Shown: positions 36,201-45,519, counted from the first letter of the stretch. The stretch is 64,000 nt of DNA from Cenarchaeum sp. (GCA_963693095.2 OY843768.1:384001-448000), one strand, 5' to 3'. Notes: generated by a model from the sequence alone, not told the origin. Program-made: numbers and translations.

Positions 36201-38482
36201 AGGTCATAGAAATAATCGGCAGCTGGATTGTCGATATGCGACCCGGCGTGGCTGCCACTGTGTCAGTCTCTACTAACAGGGCTGACTATACGTCGGGTGA
36301 CTCAATCGTCGTCAGCGGAAGCGTCACCTCTAGATCTCATGGCGACGTGGTATATCTCCGTGTGTTAACGCCATCCGGCCACGAGGTATATTCGTCAGCG
36401 GTTGACCTGGACAGGTCAAACTCGTACTCGCACAGAGTAATCTCTGTCTCAGATTGGGGCGATACTGAAGCCTACAAGGTGCGTGCGACATATGGATCGA
36501 GTCCAGTGGCCGAGGTGTCGATCAACATAGTTCGACTTGATGCTAGGACGACGGTGACTCTCACGACTGACAAGGCGCGCTACTCCCATGGCGATATCGT
36601 CACGATAACAGGCCAGCTGGGCGAGAGGCCGCGAAGCGAGCTCACGATCGAAGTTCTCTCACCTGGCGGCTCGCTCATCTATTCTGATGCGCATCATCTT
36701 GGATCCTCCACAACGTTCACGTCAGAGTTTGTCATCACAGACACAAAGTGGAAAGGGGTCGGCATATACACAATATCGGCCGTGGACGAGATGGGATCAT
36801 CACGCACGGTGATCGGGCGCATCGCGATAGAGTTTGTGGGCAACCCGCCTGCACGCCCTCCGACTCCAGGATCAATCACAATTTCCACTGACAGGCCATC
36901 ATACGCCAGCGGGAGCACGGTCACAGTCACAGGGACGAGGGCTCCGGCAGCATACGAGTTCCTCCAGGGTTCGCTTAACTTGGTCATCACGGCACCAAAC
37001 GGCGCCAGCGTGATCTCGGGATATCCGACCTTGGGCTCTGACGGCTCCTTTGAGCACACGTTTGCCATATCCGGCTCCCTTTGGTCCGATGTCGGAACCT
37101 ACACGATCACACTAGAGCTGACGCCTGACCCTAATCGTGTGGTCATTGACGAGACAACAATAGAGTACCTTGGCGACGCCACCCCGCCGGCTCCGACAAC
37201 CGTGCTGGTAATATCGCCCATTCCGCAACAGTCGGCTCTCGTGGGCTCGACACTGACATTCACGGCAACGCCGACTGACCCGTCATTCACAGACCTCTCG
37301 TGGGGTCTTGGGGGCACGGCACTGGCCGGCGCGTCAATAAGCAGCCGTGGTGTATTTGAGTGGACACCGCAAGCGTCGGCACTGACTGACCCCGCCGGCG
37401 TGACCTATACGGTCGTGGTGAACGCCACTGACGGCCAGCAGTCGGCTGGAACCTCGGTTACCATAGTTCTCATGCCGCAGGCTGAAACGGCACCGCAACC
37501 GACGATCACGATGTCATCGCGCACCATGCAGTACTCGTTCATGGTCAACGAGCAGGCTAGCGTGTCAATCTCCACTGACAGCACGTATGCCTCAACGGTC
37601 ACCGGCAGTGTTGATGTCAGCATAAGGCACAGCGCCGGCGGCACGCCGTTGCGCACGACACAGGTGTCCGTGACCATACCGACCGGAGCCTCGACCATAA
37701 ACGTCGATCTGGGGACGCATGCTGCGCCAACAACGCTAAACGTGGACATGGCACTCAGCCATATGGTCGGTGGAGAAATTTCCAGGATCGGCACGGCCTC
37801 GACAGTGGTGTACATTGTTGGTGGCAACACCGGCGCACAGGAACAGGAAGAGAACCAGCAACCGGCAAATGTGCCGACTGCGCGCGGTGATCAGCCCGAC
37901 GAGCCTCCGCGAGAGGCGCCCCAGGTTCCCAGGGCACGCGGGGACAACACCGAGGTAGAGCAGCAGCCCGAGCAACCGGCAGAACGCCAGGCAGAAGAGC
38001 CCGCGCAGGAGGATCCGCCGGCACAACCTGCAGAAATGCAGGCTGAACAGCCAGAGGATCCACCGGCGCAACCCGAGGAACAACAGCCAGTGGATCGCCA
38101 GGCCGAAGAGCCCGCGCAGGAGGATCCGCCGGCACAGCCAGTGGAGAGGCGGGGTGCGCAGCCCGAGCAGACGCCAGAGCAGCAACCAGTAGAGAGACAG
38201 CCCGCGCAGGAGGATCCGCCGGCACAGCCAGTGGAGAGGCAGGGTGCGCAGCCCGAGCAGACGCCAGAGCGGCAACCAGTAGAGAGACAGCCCGCACAGG
38301 AGGATCTGTCGGCACAGCCAGTGGAGAGGCAGGGTGCGCAGCCCGAGCAGACGCCAGAGCAGCAACCAGTAGAGAGACAGCCCGCACAGGAGGATCCGCC
38401 GGCACAGCCAGTGGAGAGGCAGGGCGGACAGCCTGGCGAGACGGGAGAGCAGCAGCCCGAGCAGACGCCGGTAGCAAGATAG
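33287..38482 (+). CDS. Large mosaic secreted/surface protein (S-layer-like, PEFG-CTERM-derived and Ig-like modules, acidic repeat tail)
   Basis: 1731-aa ORF (true start probably ~33368-33383); signal peptide ending DAQA; repeated ITLSTDRxSY..G..V.ITG Ig modules. Confidence 0.85.
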   Translation: MGGLGAGPHAWPICPVAQGGFLTTLITVSLLTLLVTHISTVFALAAIVAVGALSWADLVDAQAPEDSAIPGSYGLDFSRMRMSSLGDTHRIYVGLASEPAANSPLRILVEFTDTAGRPVSNVNYDVTVSQRGSDLVVLRNEHDDNYDLRPIEVTTRPLPFGAPVDVTIMFHGFGNVGSELRGPTGTTIGFRQVRTVTDITQVGAVVWLQDMYPAPGGAVVRVTDSDMNRDRLVADRLSLRIFSASDPTGVAVSAVETGANTGEFDAAITTITSGRSSGSTLYVSQGDKITARYDDQSVPSAGASSIRVEGDMVIGEFVPYLERVKISDVNITDKSSNAATREPTGEPILISSTITNSLGIDQKYAYVVQVNDADDSTVSLTWSSGTLRSGQTTSPSSSWVPSSAGEHIVSVFVWRSIDDPVPLSAEASSRLTIVGGTGPGGAVEPHSRFVPYMVQGDDPQVYVDRYDSDPAYRAWFDSGFPDLTIWRAVGLADTAPPPPPPPPSTTQRGTPDPAFAPFMSSSVDPQVYVDRYNSDRSYREWFDTNFAGLTIRQAVGLDRVDGAADAPIELRVSRDTYTVGSSVLLAGTVNERIAGSATFVRVFAPNGDLYEISQANLRDDGRFVHTITTTPTWVSGKYTIEVSHASEIARVTVDITGGAQLPRANTAISIDTDMASYVSGQIVAVRGSVNELSPSAAVTISVKSPDGILVVVDQITPSKDNTFATSFHTFGWAWNSSGTYTITARYGSSAMAEATIQFTNRAVPVSAITLSADRASYAADDVVTITGAVANVAHGALTLVVTAPDGNRVLLTQPNLDANNRFKTTFTAGGSLWENPGTYTVKVTYGPTGSLTAQTTIEYAGGVPAQEQAPRPRSAIDSTLAGIVFDITGGEVISIARGASGSPSIEILIDATDDGKLTLGVPRIVLDSRTEGAEGDDVPFSVLIDGEIVDAVESNSIMTRTLIIDFSADDRQVIEIIGSWIVDMRPGVAATVSVSTNRADYTSGDSIVVSGSVTSRSHGDVVYLRVLTPSGHEVYSSAVDLDRSNSYSHRVISVSDWGDTEAYKVRATYGSSPVAEVSINIVRLDARTTVTLTTDKARYSHGDIVTITGQLGERPRSELTIEVLSPGGSLIYSDAHHLGSSTTFTSEFVITDTKWKGVGIYTISAVDEMGSSRTVIGRIAIEFVGNPPARPPTPGSITISTDRPSYASGSTVTVTGTRAPAAYEFLQGSLNLVITAPNGASVISGYPTLGSDGSFEHTFAISGSLWSDVGTYTITLELTPDPNRVVIDETTIEYLGDATPPAPTTVLVISPIPQQSALVGSTLTFTATPTDPSFTDLSWGLGGTALAGASISSRGVFEWTPQASALTDPAGVTYTVVVNATDGQQSAGTSVTIVLMPQAETAPQPTITMSSRTMQYSFMVNEQASVSISTDSTYASTVTGSVDVSIRHSAGGTPLRTTQVSVTIPTGASTINVDLGTHAAPTTLNVDMALSHMVGGEISRIGTASTVVYIVGGNTGAQEQEENQQPANVPTARGDQPDEPPREAPQVPRARGDNTEVEQQPEQPAERQAEEPAQEDPPAQPAEMQAEQPEDPPAQPEEQQPVDRQAEEPAQEDPPAQPVERRGAQPEQTPEQQPVERQPAQEDPPAQPVERQGAQPEQTPERQPVERQPAQEDLSAQPVERQGAQPEQTPEQQPVERQPAQEDPPAQPVERQGGQPGETGEQQPEQTPVAR
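38110..38423 (+). repeat. 90-bp tandem repeat (~3.5 copies; 30-aa unit PAQEDPPAQPVERQGAQPEQTPEQQPVERQ), with degenerate copies from ~37980
   Basis: CCCGC(G/A)CAGGAGGATC recurs at 38111, 38201, 38291 and 38381. Confidence 0.92.
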
Positions 38483-38660
38483 CTATAGGCGGCCAACACG
38501 ATGGCTGGCACTCCGCGGCCGGGCCAGCGTGGTATTGATGGCGTTTTGGCCTGGCCATGCCAATGGCGCAAGACCCACGTCACGGAAAATCTGCCCATGT
38601 GCCGAAAATCGGGTCTCGCCGACTACAATGCTGCCCCTGGTGGCGTCTCGTGAGCCCCTG

Positions 38661-38990
38661 CTATTGCGCGATCGCTGTGTCGATGGTCGACTTTAGCGCG
38701 TCCTTTGAGGCCGCACCGACCTGCTGGGTGAGGACCTTGCCGTCCTTGAACAGGACCATCGTGGGTATGCTAAAGACATTGTACTTTGAGGCGATATCGC
38801 CGGCCTTGTCCACGTTGACCTTGACAAACTTTACCGTCCCGTCGTACTCGCCAGAGAGCTCGTCGACGACTGGCCCGACCATCCTGCATGGGCCGCACCA
38901 CTCTGCCCAAAAGTCCACAAAGACCGGCACGGGCGACTTTAGGACCTCGGCCTCCCATGCCGCTGCCTCCTCCACGTGGGTGACTCCCAT
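38661..38990 (-). CDS. trxA: Thioredoxin
   Basis: DFWAEWCGPCR and SIPT motifs. Confidence 0.96.
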   Translation of the reverse strand: MGVTHVEEAAAWEAEVLKSPVPVFVDFWAEWCGPCRMVGPVVDELSGEYDGTVKFVKVNVDKAGDIASKYNVFSIPTMVLFKDGKVLTQQVGAASKDALKSTIDTAIAQ

Positions 38991-39107
38991 GGCGGGGTGC
39001 CCAAATGTGCGGGGCTAAATACCTTGCAGTCGTTGCAGCCGTGTGGTGGCCTGCGCTGCCGCCCTCGCAGAATATACTTAAATGCGGCAAGGGTTCGCCG
39101 TGGCGCC

Positions 39108-39893
39108 ATGAGCACCGACCAGCGGCTCAAAAAGCTGCGCGGCTCTGGCGGATTTGTCATGGCGACTATCGGCGATGACCTTCAGCAAAAGGGCAACCTT
39201 GGCGGCCCTGACCTATTCCTTGCGCCCATCGGGCGCCTGCCTGAGGCATCCGTCTCGTCATACCACTGCAACACGTGCGAAAAGGCGTACGAGGGCTGCC
39301 CGCGCATAGAGCACGAGGCGCCAAACGAGACGGTCTCGGATAACCTTGTGCTAGCCGAGAGGGGACAGTATGTCTGCACGGCGTGCGAGTCGCCGATCGC
39401 CGAGTACCGCGTGTTCCACAAGCCTGACGAGGGCGCCGACGCGGGTCTTGCGCGGCCGATGGCCCCAGATGCGGCACCGCCAAATGTTGCCCCGCCGCCG
39501 GCCTTTGACACGCCAGACGCGCAGGACGTCATGGCAGCAGCAGGAATGAACATGGTGCCGCCTCCGGGAGGCGACGCTCCGGCTGCTGCGCCGACGCCGG
39601 GTGACATTAGCGCCATTGTCGGAATGCCCGTATATGACGAGCGCGCGATGATGGTCGGCACTGCCAGGCAGGTCGGCGTGGACTCGGCGTCTGGCTCGCT
39701 TGTCCTGGCACTCGAGGCGCCTGACGGCTCACTCTCAAACGTGCCGTGGAGCCGCGTCGGCACGGTCGGCGAGATTATTCTTTTGGGGACCGCATCGCAG
39801 GCCGCCGCGCCGGCTGCGGGCTCGTGCCAATCGTGCGGCTTTGCCAACAAGGCCGCCTCAAAGTTCTGCGAACAGTGCGGCAAGGCCATCTAG
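39108..39893 (+). CDS. Conserved protein with an N-terminal Cys4 Zn domain, PRC-barrel-like domain and C-terminal zinc ribbon
   Basis: CNTC..CTAC; IVGMPVYDERAMMVG...VPWSRVGTVGEIILL; CQSCG..KFCEQCG. Confidence 0.75.
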   Translation: MSTDQRLKKLRGSGGFVMATIGDDLQQKGNLGGPDLFLAPIGRLPEASVSSYHCNTCEKAYEGCPRIEHEAPNETVSDNLVLAERGQYVCTACESPIAEYRVFHKPDEGADAGLARPMAPDAAPPNVAPPPAFDTPDAQDVMAAAGMNMVPPPGGDAPAAAPTPGDISAIVGMPVYDERAMMVGTARQVGVDSASGSLVLALEAPDGSLSNVPWSRVGTVGEIILLGTASQAAAPAAGSCQSCGFANKAASKFCEQCGKAI

Positions 39894-39950
39894 GGCCGCC
39901 GCAGGCCACTAGCAATGTTTATGTTGTGAGCGTGGAGTCGCGCGGCGTCG

Positions 39951-40853
39951 ATGGCAAGAAACAAGCTGGTCATGGAGCTCGCAGTCGCCGGAGCGATGCT
40001 CCTTGTGGGGTGGCTCATCATGTACATGGTGTTTGGAACGCCCTACCCGTTCTATGTCGTGGCCAGCGGCAGCATGATTCCGGCACTCGAGGTCAACGAC
40101 ATACTCCTCGTCCAGGGCCATGACCCCATAGAGGCCGTCATGGTCGGTGACATTATCGTCTTTGACCGGCCAGACGGGGCCGACAAGGTCATAGTCCACA
40201 GGGTCGTCGAGGTGATATCCGAGGAGCCGCGCATCCTGCGCACGCGCGGGGACGCAAACCAGATATCGATACCCGGAACGGACTTTCCGATAACGGGCGA
40301 TGACTATATCGGCACGGTCATGCACGCAGTGCCAAAGGTCGGCTATGTCACAAAGGCACTCGCGCCACCGGTCAACTATATCCTGATTGCCATAATCATC
40401 GGCTTTATGGCCTACAAGCACGTGCGCTCCTCGCGCTCGCCGGCCGGCCCCGAGCCGGACAGCGACGTTGGAAACCTCGATGACGTGCCGCGCGATGGCG
40501 AGTATTCTGCCGGCGGGGGCTCTGTTGCGCCGGGACTCGAGCCGCCCAACGCGCCGCCTCGCGATGCGCCACCGGTGCCAGATAGCCCCCATGTCGAGCG
40601 CGACGAAACGCACGCCAAAACGCACACGCCTCCTGATGCGCCGCCTGTTCCTGACCACTATGGCGCACTTGGCCTCGGCAGGTCGGCCTCGATGCCGGAG
40701 ATTCGCGCGAGATACGAGGAGCTGGCCGCGCAATGGGCAGGCAGCACCGGCGATGAGGCGCGAATCGCGAGGATAACTAGGGCATATGAAATTCTCTCAG
40801 ACCCAGAGATGCGCCACAGGTACGACGAGTCACTCGGGCCTGCCGGCCGCTAG
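39951..40853 (+). CDS. Signal peptidase I (archaeal Sec11 type) fused to a C-terminal J-like domain
   Basis: VASGSMIP (Ser), VIVHRV (His) and TRGDAN motifs; C-terminal DHYGALGL...AYEILSDPEMRHRYD. Confidence 0.88.
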   Translation: MARNKLVMELAVAGAMLLVGWLIMYMVFGTPYPFYVVASGSMIPALEVNDILLVQGHDPIEAVMVGDIIVFDRPDGADKVIVHRVVEVISEEPRILRTRGDANQISIPGTDFPITGDDYIGTVMHAVPKVGYVTKALAPPVNYILIAIIIGFMAYKHVRSSRSPAGPEPDSDVGNLDDVPRDGEYSAGGGSVAPGLEPPNAPPRDAPPVPDSPHVERDETHAKTHTPPDAPPVPDHYGALGLGRSASMPEIRARYEELAAQWAGSTGDEARIARITRAYEILSDPEMRHRYDESLGPAGR

Positions 40854-42389
40854 GGGTATCTTGAAGACGCGCTTGAAGTAATCCGAGTTCTCTGGTGCCT
40901 CCTCGGCGCCGTCATGCACTCCGGCGAGGCTCTTGGCGAGGCCCTTCTTGTATCCTAGCTGCATCTGCCTGGCGATCTGTATGCGCTGGGCCTGCGGCGA
41001 GCCGGCACCGTGCATGGACTCGGTCAGGTAACCGACGGCGTTGCGCCCGAGCGTCATGTTCTCTATGAGGCGCAGTATCCTCATGCGGCTCTCGACGTCG
41101 ACGCCCCTGCGGCCGGTGAGGTATTTTTTCAATAGCGGGCCTGTCTCCGGATCCCTAAAGTCCATCTCGGAGGGAAGCGTGACGACTAGGCCGCCGGCTA
41201 TGTCCTGCGCGAGGCGCGATATCTCGTAGGGAAAGCGCGTCACGTTGTGCTTGCAGACCTGCGCGAGCATGTCGTCGTTGAGCCACACGCCAGAGTCCAT
41301 CCTGTGCGCCTGGTACGACGAGGCGATTCCGGCCGCATATATCGACTCGTTGAGGTGCGTCATCTCTACGAGCTTGTCCTTTATGTGCGAGACCTTTGGC
41401 ACGCCGTTATAGTCGGCGATCGTGGCAGCAGCCCCTATCATGACATCGCCGAGGCCAGTCTTGCAGACATAGCTGCGGCGGTGATAGCACGTAAAGCGCT
41501 CGACTAGCATTGCGGCAAACTCGTGCTCGCCGTCCATAAAGATGCGCTCCCACGGTATAAAGACGCGATCGAGCAGTATGAGTGCCTCCTGGCCGGCAAA
41601 CTTTGCGTTTCCGGCGTCAATGTCACCCTCCTCCATGCTGCGCGTGTCGCATGACTGCCTGCCATAGATGTACGTGACGCCCTTTGCGTCCACGGGAATT
41701 GCGCCGACTATGGCGTACTCCCTGTCGGCCTCGCCGAGGCGCATGGTCGGCATCACAATTATCCAGTGGGAGTTTATGCAGCCAGTCTGGTGGGCCTTTG
41801 CGCCGGTGACATAGACGCCGCGCTCGTCGCGCTCCACAACGTGGACAAAGACGTCAGGGTCGTCCTGCTCGGATGGCGCCTTTGCGCGATCGCCCTTTGG
41901 GTCAGTCATCGCCCCGCCGATGACGAGGTTCTCCTCCTGGACCATCGTGATGAACTTGAGGAGGCGCTCGTGGTACTTTGTGCCGTGAGCCGTGTCGATC
42001 TCGTGCGTTGTCGAGTGGAGCGAGTTTAGCGCGTCCATGCCGACACAGCGCTGAAAGCACGTGCCGGTGAGCTGCCCGAGCTTGCGCTGCATCTTGTTCT
42101 GCAGGACGAGATCCTCGGCACTCTCGGCTATGTGAAGGAACCTGTTGACGCGCCTGCCAGATATCGACGAGTCCGCCGAGGCAAGCTCCTCCTCGCGCAC
42201 GGCAAGGTCGTATGTCTCGGCGACTGCGTTGATCGAGGGCCGTATCATGGGGTGGTCGACGGGCTCCTCGACGCGCTTGCCCATGAGAAAGACGCGCAGG
42301 CCCCTGCCGCGCAGGCTCTGCACGTACTCCTCGCCCGTCCTGATCGGAACGACGCTCTGAACTCCACCCTTGCCCACTGTCACCGGCAT
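40830..42389 (-). CDS. hcd: 4-hydroxybutyryl-CoA dehydratase (3HP/4HB cycle)
   Basis: TCFQRCVGMD, GAMTDPKGDR, GAKAHQTG and ESMHGAGSPQAQR motifs. Confidence 0.95.
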   Translation of the reverse strand: MPVTVGKGGVQSVVPIRTGEEYVQSLRGRGLRVFLMGKRVEEPVDHPMIRPSINAVAETYDLAVREEELASADSSISGRRVNRFLHIAESAEDLVLQNKMQRKLGQLTGTCFQRCVGMDALNSLHSTTHEIDTAHGTKYHERLLKFITMVQEENLVIGGAMTDPKGDRAKAPSEQDDPDVFVHVVERDERGVYVTGAKAHQTGCINSHWIIVMPTMRLGEADREYAIVGAIPVDAKGVTYIYGRQSCDTRSMEEGDIDAGNAKFAGQEALILLDRVFIPWERIFMDGEHEFAAMLVERFTCYHRRSYVCKTGLGDVMIGAAATIADYNGVPKVSHIKDKLVEMTHLNESIYAAGIASSYQAHRMDSGVWLNDDMLAQVCKHNVTRFPYEISRLAQDIAGGLVVTLPSEMDFRDPETGPLLKKYLTGRRGVDVESRMRILRLIENMTLGRNAVGYLTESMHGAGSPQAQRIQIARQMQLGYKKGLAKSLAGVHDGAEEAPENSDYFKRVFKIPLAAGRPE

Positions 42390-42441
42390 GGCACAAGCGC
42401 ACCATGGGGCTCTATAAAAATTCTATACGTGATCGCAGGGA

Positions 42442-44559
42442 TCATGCGGCGCGCGACACGCCTGAGATGCCTATGCGCACGTCAAGGACGCGGCATCCGC
42501 GCCCGCGGCCCATGACCCTGACGGGGTTTAGGTCAAGCTCGCGGATCTCGGGCAGGTCAGAGACGAGCTGCGAGACCCGCTGGATGCACTCGGCTAGGGC
42601 CGCCTTGTCCGAGGCCTCCTCGCCGCGCACGCCGTCGAGCAGGCGCGCAGTCTTTATCGACGATATCATCGAGCGGGCCTCGCGGCCCGATATGGGCGCG
42701 ATGCCAAAGACGACGTCCTTTAGGACCTCGACGTATATGCCGCCGGCGCCGAGCATCACTGCCTGCCCGACGTTTGGCTCGAGCTTTGAGCCGATGATCA
42801 TCTCCCTGCCGCCCTTGACCATCTCCACGACGAGAACCCCGTTGACCTGCGCGCGCCGGTCGTACTTTTTGGCGTTCTTCACAATCTCGGCATACGCCGC
42901 ACGCACGGCCGAATCGCCATCAACGTTGACCTTTACGCCGCCGGCATCAGACTTGTGCGTTATCTGCGGCGATGCCACCTTTAGGACGACGGGATACCCT
43001 ATCTTTCTGGCCGCCTTTACCGCATCGGCCGCCGAGCCGGCAAGGGCCGACTTCGGCAGCGGCAGGCCGTACGCGCGAAGTATCTCAATGCCCTCCTCCT
43101 CTAGGAGCGACTTTCTGCCCTCGCGCATGGCTCCCTCGACTATTGCCCTCGCGCGTGCCGCACTTGCCCTGAACCTTTTCACGCTGCCCACTGACTCGCG
43201 AGTAGAGGCGGCAAACCGCAGCATCACGCCAAGCGTCCTGATTGCCGCCTCTGCATATGGATAGTGCGGAACCCCGCCGTCAGCGAGTATCTGGCGGTTT
43301 GTGATCCCCTCATCAATTCCCATGAGGCTCGCAAGGACGGTCTTTTTGTGCTTTTTTGACATCTCGACGATGACGCGGGCCAGGCCGTCATAGTCAAGTG
43401 TCGCAGATGGCGTGCACATTGCGATAACCGAGCCGACGTTGCGGTGGCCCAAGACGACATCGAGGACTCCGCGAAACCTCGCATAGTCGGCATCGCCGAC
43501 AATGTCGACGGGATTGCGCGAGCTGCCCCATGGCGGAATGACTGCGTCTATTGCTGGCCTGGCCGAGGAGATGTCTGCCATGCGTATGCCGAGGCGCGAG
43601 CACGCATCAGTCGATATTATCGCCGGCCCGCCGGCGTTTGAGACTATTGCGAGATCGCCGCGCAGCGGGAGCGGCTGCTTTGAGAACGCCGTCGCATAGT
43701 CAAAGAGCTCCCCCATTGTGTCGACGCGTATGGCGCCGGACTGGCGAAGGAGCGCATCGTATGTCTCGTCAGAACCCATGAGCGCACCAGTGTGCGACAT
43801 TGCGGCCTTTGCGCCCTCGGGACTGCGGCCGGCCTTTAGCACGAGAACCGGCTTTTTGAGCTTTTTAGTTATGTGGCCGCACACGCGCATAAACTCGCCG
43901 CCATCGCCCATGTCCTCAAGGTACATGACTATGACCTTTGTCTGGCGGTGCTCGCCGAGCATCTTTAGGACCTCTGTCTCGCTCATTGCGGCCTTGTTGC
44001 CCATGCTGACTATGGCAGAAAAGCCGATCCCCTGCGCGCTGGCGTCCTCGGCGAGCGCTGCGCATATGGCGCCGCTCTGCGAGACGAGCGCGACGCCGCC
44101 GGACTTTGGCGTTATCTTTAGGAACGTCGCGTTCATCATCGTCTTTGGGTCGAGGTTCATCACGCCGAGGCAGTTGGGCCCTATCATCCGTATGCCGTGC
44201 CTTTTGGCGATCGCGCCAAGCTCGGCCTCTAGCCGGGCGCCGGCCTCGTCGACCTCCTTGAATCCCGCAGTGATGACGATCGCGCCACGGACTCCCTTTT
44301 TGCCGCACTCCTCCATCACAGTCGGCACGATCGTGTTCCTTGTCACTATGACTGCAAGGTCGACAGTGCCGCGCACGTCAAGGACAGACGCGTATGCCTT
44401 TTTGCCAAAGACGGTCTTGCGCGTTGGGCTTATCGGGTAGACCTTGCCCCTGTACCCGGAGATTATGTTTGACGTTATTGCGCTGCCGACGCTGCCCTTC
44501 TTGTCTGATGCGCCGATCACGGCTATGGACCTTGGCGAGAGAATTGCCGAGTCTGTCAT
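42442..44559 (-). CDS. ADP-forming acyl-CoA synthetase, most likely 4-hydroxybutyryl-CoA synthetase
   Basis: GPNCLG, SQSGA, SHTGAL and HKSDAGGV (ATP-grasp) motifs; adjacent to hcd, as in Nitrosopumilus. Confidence 0.88.
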   Translation of the reverse strand: MTDSAILSPRSIAVIGASDKKGSVGSAITSNIISGYRGKVYPISPTRKTVFGKKAYASVLDVRGTVDLAVIVTRNTIVPTVMEECGKKGVRGAIVITAGFKEVDEAGARLEAELGAIAKRHGIRMIGPNCLGVMNLDPKTMMNATFLKITPKSGGVALVSQSGAICAALAEDASAQGIGFSAIVSMGNKAAMSETEVLKMLGEHRQTKVIVMYLEDMGDGGEFMRVCGHITKKLKKPVLVLKAGRSPEGAKAAMSHTGALMGSDETYDALLRQSGAIRVDTMGELFDYATAFSKQPLPLRGDLAIVSNAGGPAIISTDACSRLGIRMADISSARPAIDAVIPPWGSSRNPVDIVGDADYARFRGVLDVVLGHRNVGSVIAMCTPSATLDYDGLARVIVEMSKKHKKTVLASLMGIDEGITNRQILADGGVPHYPYAEAAIRTLGVMLRFAASTRESVGSVKRFRASAARARAIVEGAMREGRKSLLEEEGIEILRAYGLPLPKSALAGSAADAVKAARKIGYPVVLKVASPQITHKSDAGGVKVNVDGDSAVRAAYAEIVKNAKKYDRRAQVNGVLVVEMVKGGREMIIGSKLEPNVGQAVMLGAGGIYVEVLKDVVFGIAPISGREARSMISSIKTARLLDGVRGEEASDKAALAECIQRVSQLVSDLPEIRELDLNPVRVMGRGRGCRVLDVRIGISGVSRAA

Positions 44560-44620
44560 TGTGTGCGGTGCGCGCGCGAGGCGTGTTGGATAATAAAGGT
44601 ATGCGCCGATTCGGGTGTTT

Positions 44621-45463
44621 CTAGACCCTTGGGATGATGCCTACGCGTGAGCGTGCCGTGAGGGCGACTATGGCAATTATCGATATTGCGAGGACTGTCA
44701 TCACGACTGCGCCAAACTCTGGCACGACGAGGCACTCGCTAATCTCGACGTCAACGCTCTTTTTGAAGATCGTGTTGGATCCCTGCTGGACATTTATCAT
44801 ATAGTTGCCGTCCTGCTCCCACTGTGGGCACCCGATCATGATGTCGGCGTTGAACTGCCCTGAGGATGACGGCGTCACCTGCTCGGTGTGAACCTTGTTG
44901 CCGTTTGGTGCCTCTATGATTATCGTGATGTCGTTGGCCTTTGATGTAGTCTCGCCCTGTATGGTAATGACGCTGGCGCCAGGCTGCGCGTCAGCCGTGA
45001 ACTCTAGGCCGGGCGTCATTGCCATGCTGCGCTCCGGAGGAGTAGTGGTCGTCTGGCCTATGAGTGAGGACATTGCGCCGCTGCTAGTGTCAGTCACGCT
45101 GCCATCGGAGACGAGTATGTTGACTGACAGGTTGTGCGCCGAGGAGGATGCCGACTGGCTCTGGTTCACGTTTACGGTATAGATGCCGTCCTGCTCCCAG
45201 CCAATTATGCCCGTCCTGGCCGTAAACGCAAAGGCGCCGTCGGCTCCGGGATCGTCCTGGTCGACATGAACCACGTTGCCCTGCTGCGTCGTGATCTTTA
45301 CGGTGATGGGGTCGGCCTTTGTCGTCATGCCGTTTATCACAATGTCGCTGCCGTCACTGGTCGTGACGTTGATGCTCATGCCGGTCTGGCCAATTGCCTG
45401 CGATGCCGGAACCATGAGGAGTGTGACTGCGATCAGGGCGAGTCCGCAAACTTGCGACTTCAT
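44621..45463 (-). CDS. PEFG-CTERM sorting-domain surface protein
   Basis: Signal peptide, two Ig-like repeats, VPEFG + TM + basic tail. Confidence 0.9.
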   Translation of the reverse strand: MKSQVCGLALIAVTLLMVPASQAIGQTGMSINVTTSDGSDIVINGMTTKADPITVKITTQQGNVVHVDQDDPGADGAFAFTARTGIIGWEQDGIYTVNVNQSQSASSSAHNLSVNILVSDGSVTDTSSGAMSSLIGQTTTTPPERSMAMTPGLEFTADAQPGASVITIQGETTSKANDITIIIEAPNGNKVHTEQVTPSSSGQFNADIMIGCPQWEQDGNYMINVQQGSNTIFKKSVDVEISECLVVPEFGAVVMTVLAISIIAIVALTARSRVGIIPRV

Positions 45464-45519
45464 CAGCGCGAGACCCCAATCTGTCTATATTTATGTATAT
45501 TCAGGCAGTTCACGCCTAG

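Noticed and set aside
37960-38482. CRISPR array
   Set aside because: The repeats are contiguous in-frame coding units without unique spacers, and no cas genes are present.
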